From: Squalus acanthias
Taxonomy: Eukaryota
DNA length: 64,000 bases
Assembly: GCA_030390025.1 (NCBI GenBank)
Contig: CM059425.1
Coordinates: 169,510,001 to 169,574,000 of the forward strand
Reading direction: 5' to 3'
Numbering within the stretch: the first letter of the stretch is position 1; each line of letters starts with the position of its first letter. Under the pieces are notes generated by a model. That model had not been told where the DNA came from, did no database searches, and was given only the letters and a program-made list of their open reading frames with translations. Positions 62,715 to 64,000 of this stretch are shown piece after piece. The position numbers and the translations under genes are program-made.

Positions 62715-62795
62715 GAAAGATCATCAACCTGAAACATTACCTCTGTTTCTCTCTCCACAGACACTGCCTGACTTACTGAGTGTTTCCAGCATTTT
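62715..62795 (+). repeat. Penelope-like terminal-repeat fragment
   Basis: ACCTGAAACATTACCTCTGTTTCTCTCTCCACAG...TTTCCAGCATTTT. Confidence 0.65.
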
Positions 62796-62797
62796 AT

Positions 62798-63420
62798 GGG
62801 GGTGATTTTCTCAATGGGAAGCTTTTAGAGGCGGAACTCTCACTTGTCGGGTTTCAGTCCCGCCTCCATGAGCTTCTGGCCAACCAGCGGGATTTTCCCT
62901 TGATTGACCTTGTTAAGCCCACCCAGCGGGCTTAGCAGGCCAATTAGAGGGGAGCCGGTTGCAGAGCACGTCAACGTATGACGTGTCATCTGTCAAAATT
63001 TTTTGACAGATGACTTGTCATCGTTTGACAGCTCTGTGAAGCTGTCAGTGACAATCTCTGCAGTTTGATGAGGTCCTGCATACAAGACCTCATCAACCTT
63101 CTTTCTTTTGCAGAAATTAGATGTTTGTTGCATATGAGAATGCAACGGACATCTCTCATCTGCAACACGGAGAGGTGCGAGACTCTCCGTATTGAAACCG
63201 ACTGAAGCCTGCAGGAAGAAACAAAGGTAAGTACACTTTTAAAAACACTTAGGACTTACCTCAGATACTCACCTCTACACTCTTGCACCCATCACTTACC
63301 TTCACACAACTATTTTGCACCCCTCCGACCCCCGCAGACCCCCTACTCGCCTCGGTGACCCTGGCAGGTTTTGGAGCCGTCGGGAAGCCCGCACTTCAGG
63401 GCTCAAAAAGGGGATAATCC
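62798..63420. mobile_element. Harbinger family C-related MITE with an internal hairpin array
   Basis: Left end GGGGGTGATTTTC; 62900-62990 is homologous to 25853-25940; right end uncertain. Confidence 0.7.
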
Positions 63421-63707
63421 TATTTTCTGCCTATTAACAGGTTTGGCTTTGACCTCTGTGTTCAATTCCAAAAAAGATGAACTAGTACAAAAATAGACCA
63501 ACATTATAACATGCTTTTAGTGTGCAGTATTATAAAGGGGTCGATTGTATGTTGTTCCTTGTTTGACCATTCTTAGTTTTTATGTCTGGATTATTTCTTT
63601 TATAATAACATATTATTGACTGAATGACTGATTGATTTAATGACTGATTGATCTCCTTTTAAATCAGTGAAAGTGCATAATGGAATTCAGCAAAACAAAC
63701 CAATCAA

Positions 63708-64000
63708 GGGCAGAGTAGTGTAGTGTAGTGGTAATGCTACTAAACTAGTTCAAATCCCACTGTGACAGATTGAAAATTTGGATTGTTTAAAAATAATCTG
63801 GAAATAAAGTGACAATGAAGCTGTTGGATTGTTTTAAAAACCCAACTGGCTCACTGATGTCTTTCAGGGAAGGAAATCTGCTGTCCTTACCTTGTCTAGT
63901 CCATATGTGACTCCAGACCCACACCAATGTGGTTGACTCTTAAGTGCCCTCTGAGCAAATCACTCAGTTGTATCAAACCTGCTACCAGCGATTCATGAAA
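63708..64000 (+). mobile_element. MER131-like tRNA-derived SINE running to the window end
   Basis: AAAACCCAACTGGCTCACTGATGTCTTTCAGGGAAGGAAATCTGC...GTGACTCCAGACCCAC..CAATGTGGTTGACTCTTAA matches the MER131 body as I remember it. Confidence 0.7.

Overview
This is vertebrate genomic DNA, most likely a cartilaginous fish (shark), judged from its CR1/HER1-like LINEs, an HE1-like V-SINE, Deu-domain SINEs and a MER131-like SINE. I could not support any host protein-coding exon, so the window looks like a large intron or intergenic region dominated by nested transposable elements. The main content is a PIF/Harbinger DNA-transposon system. It comprises two near-full-length two-gene elements (about 21415-25650 and 42157-47014), each with a HARBI1-like DDE transposase convergent on a 3-exon Myb/SANT (NAIF1/MSANTD-like) gene, plus older remnants and more than ten non-autonomous derivatives with short TIRs and 3-bp TSDs. 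Four observations stand out. (1) Some MITEs carry hairpins preserved by compensatory substitutions, one has a dense six-hairpin array, and these elements hold an excess of perfect 5' splice-donor motifs. (2) Minimal type I hammerhead-ribozyme motifs occur in Penelope-like terminal repeats, with an intact core at 30641-30673. (3) A 70-bp locally templated insertion sits at the 5' junction of a SINE. (4) Family-specific subterminal motif arrays pair with distinct Myb proteins. Family names come from recognition and memory, not database searches, and boundaries of old elements are approximate.
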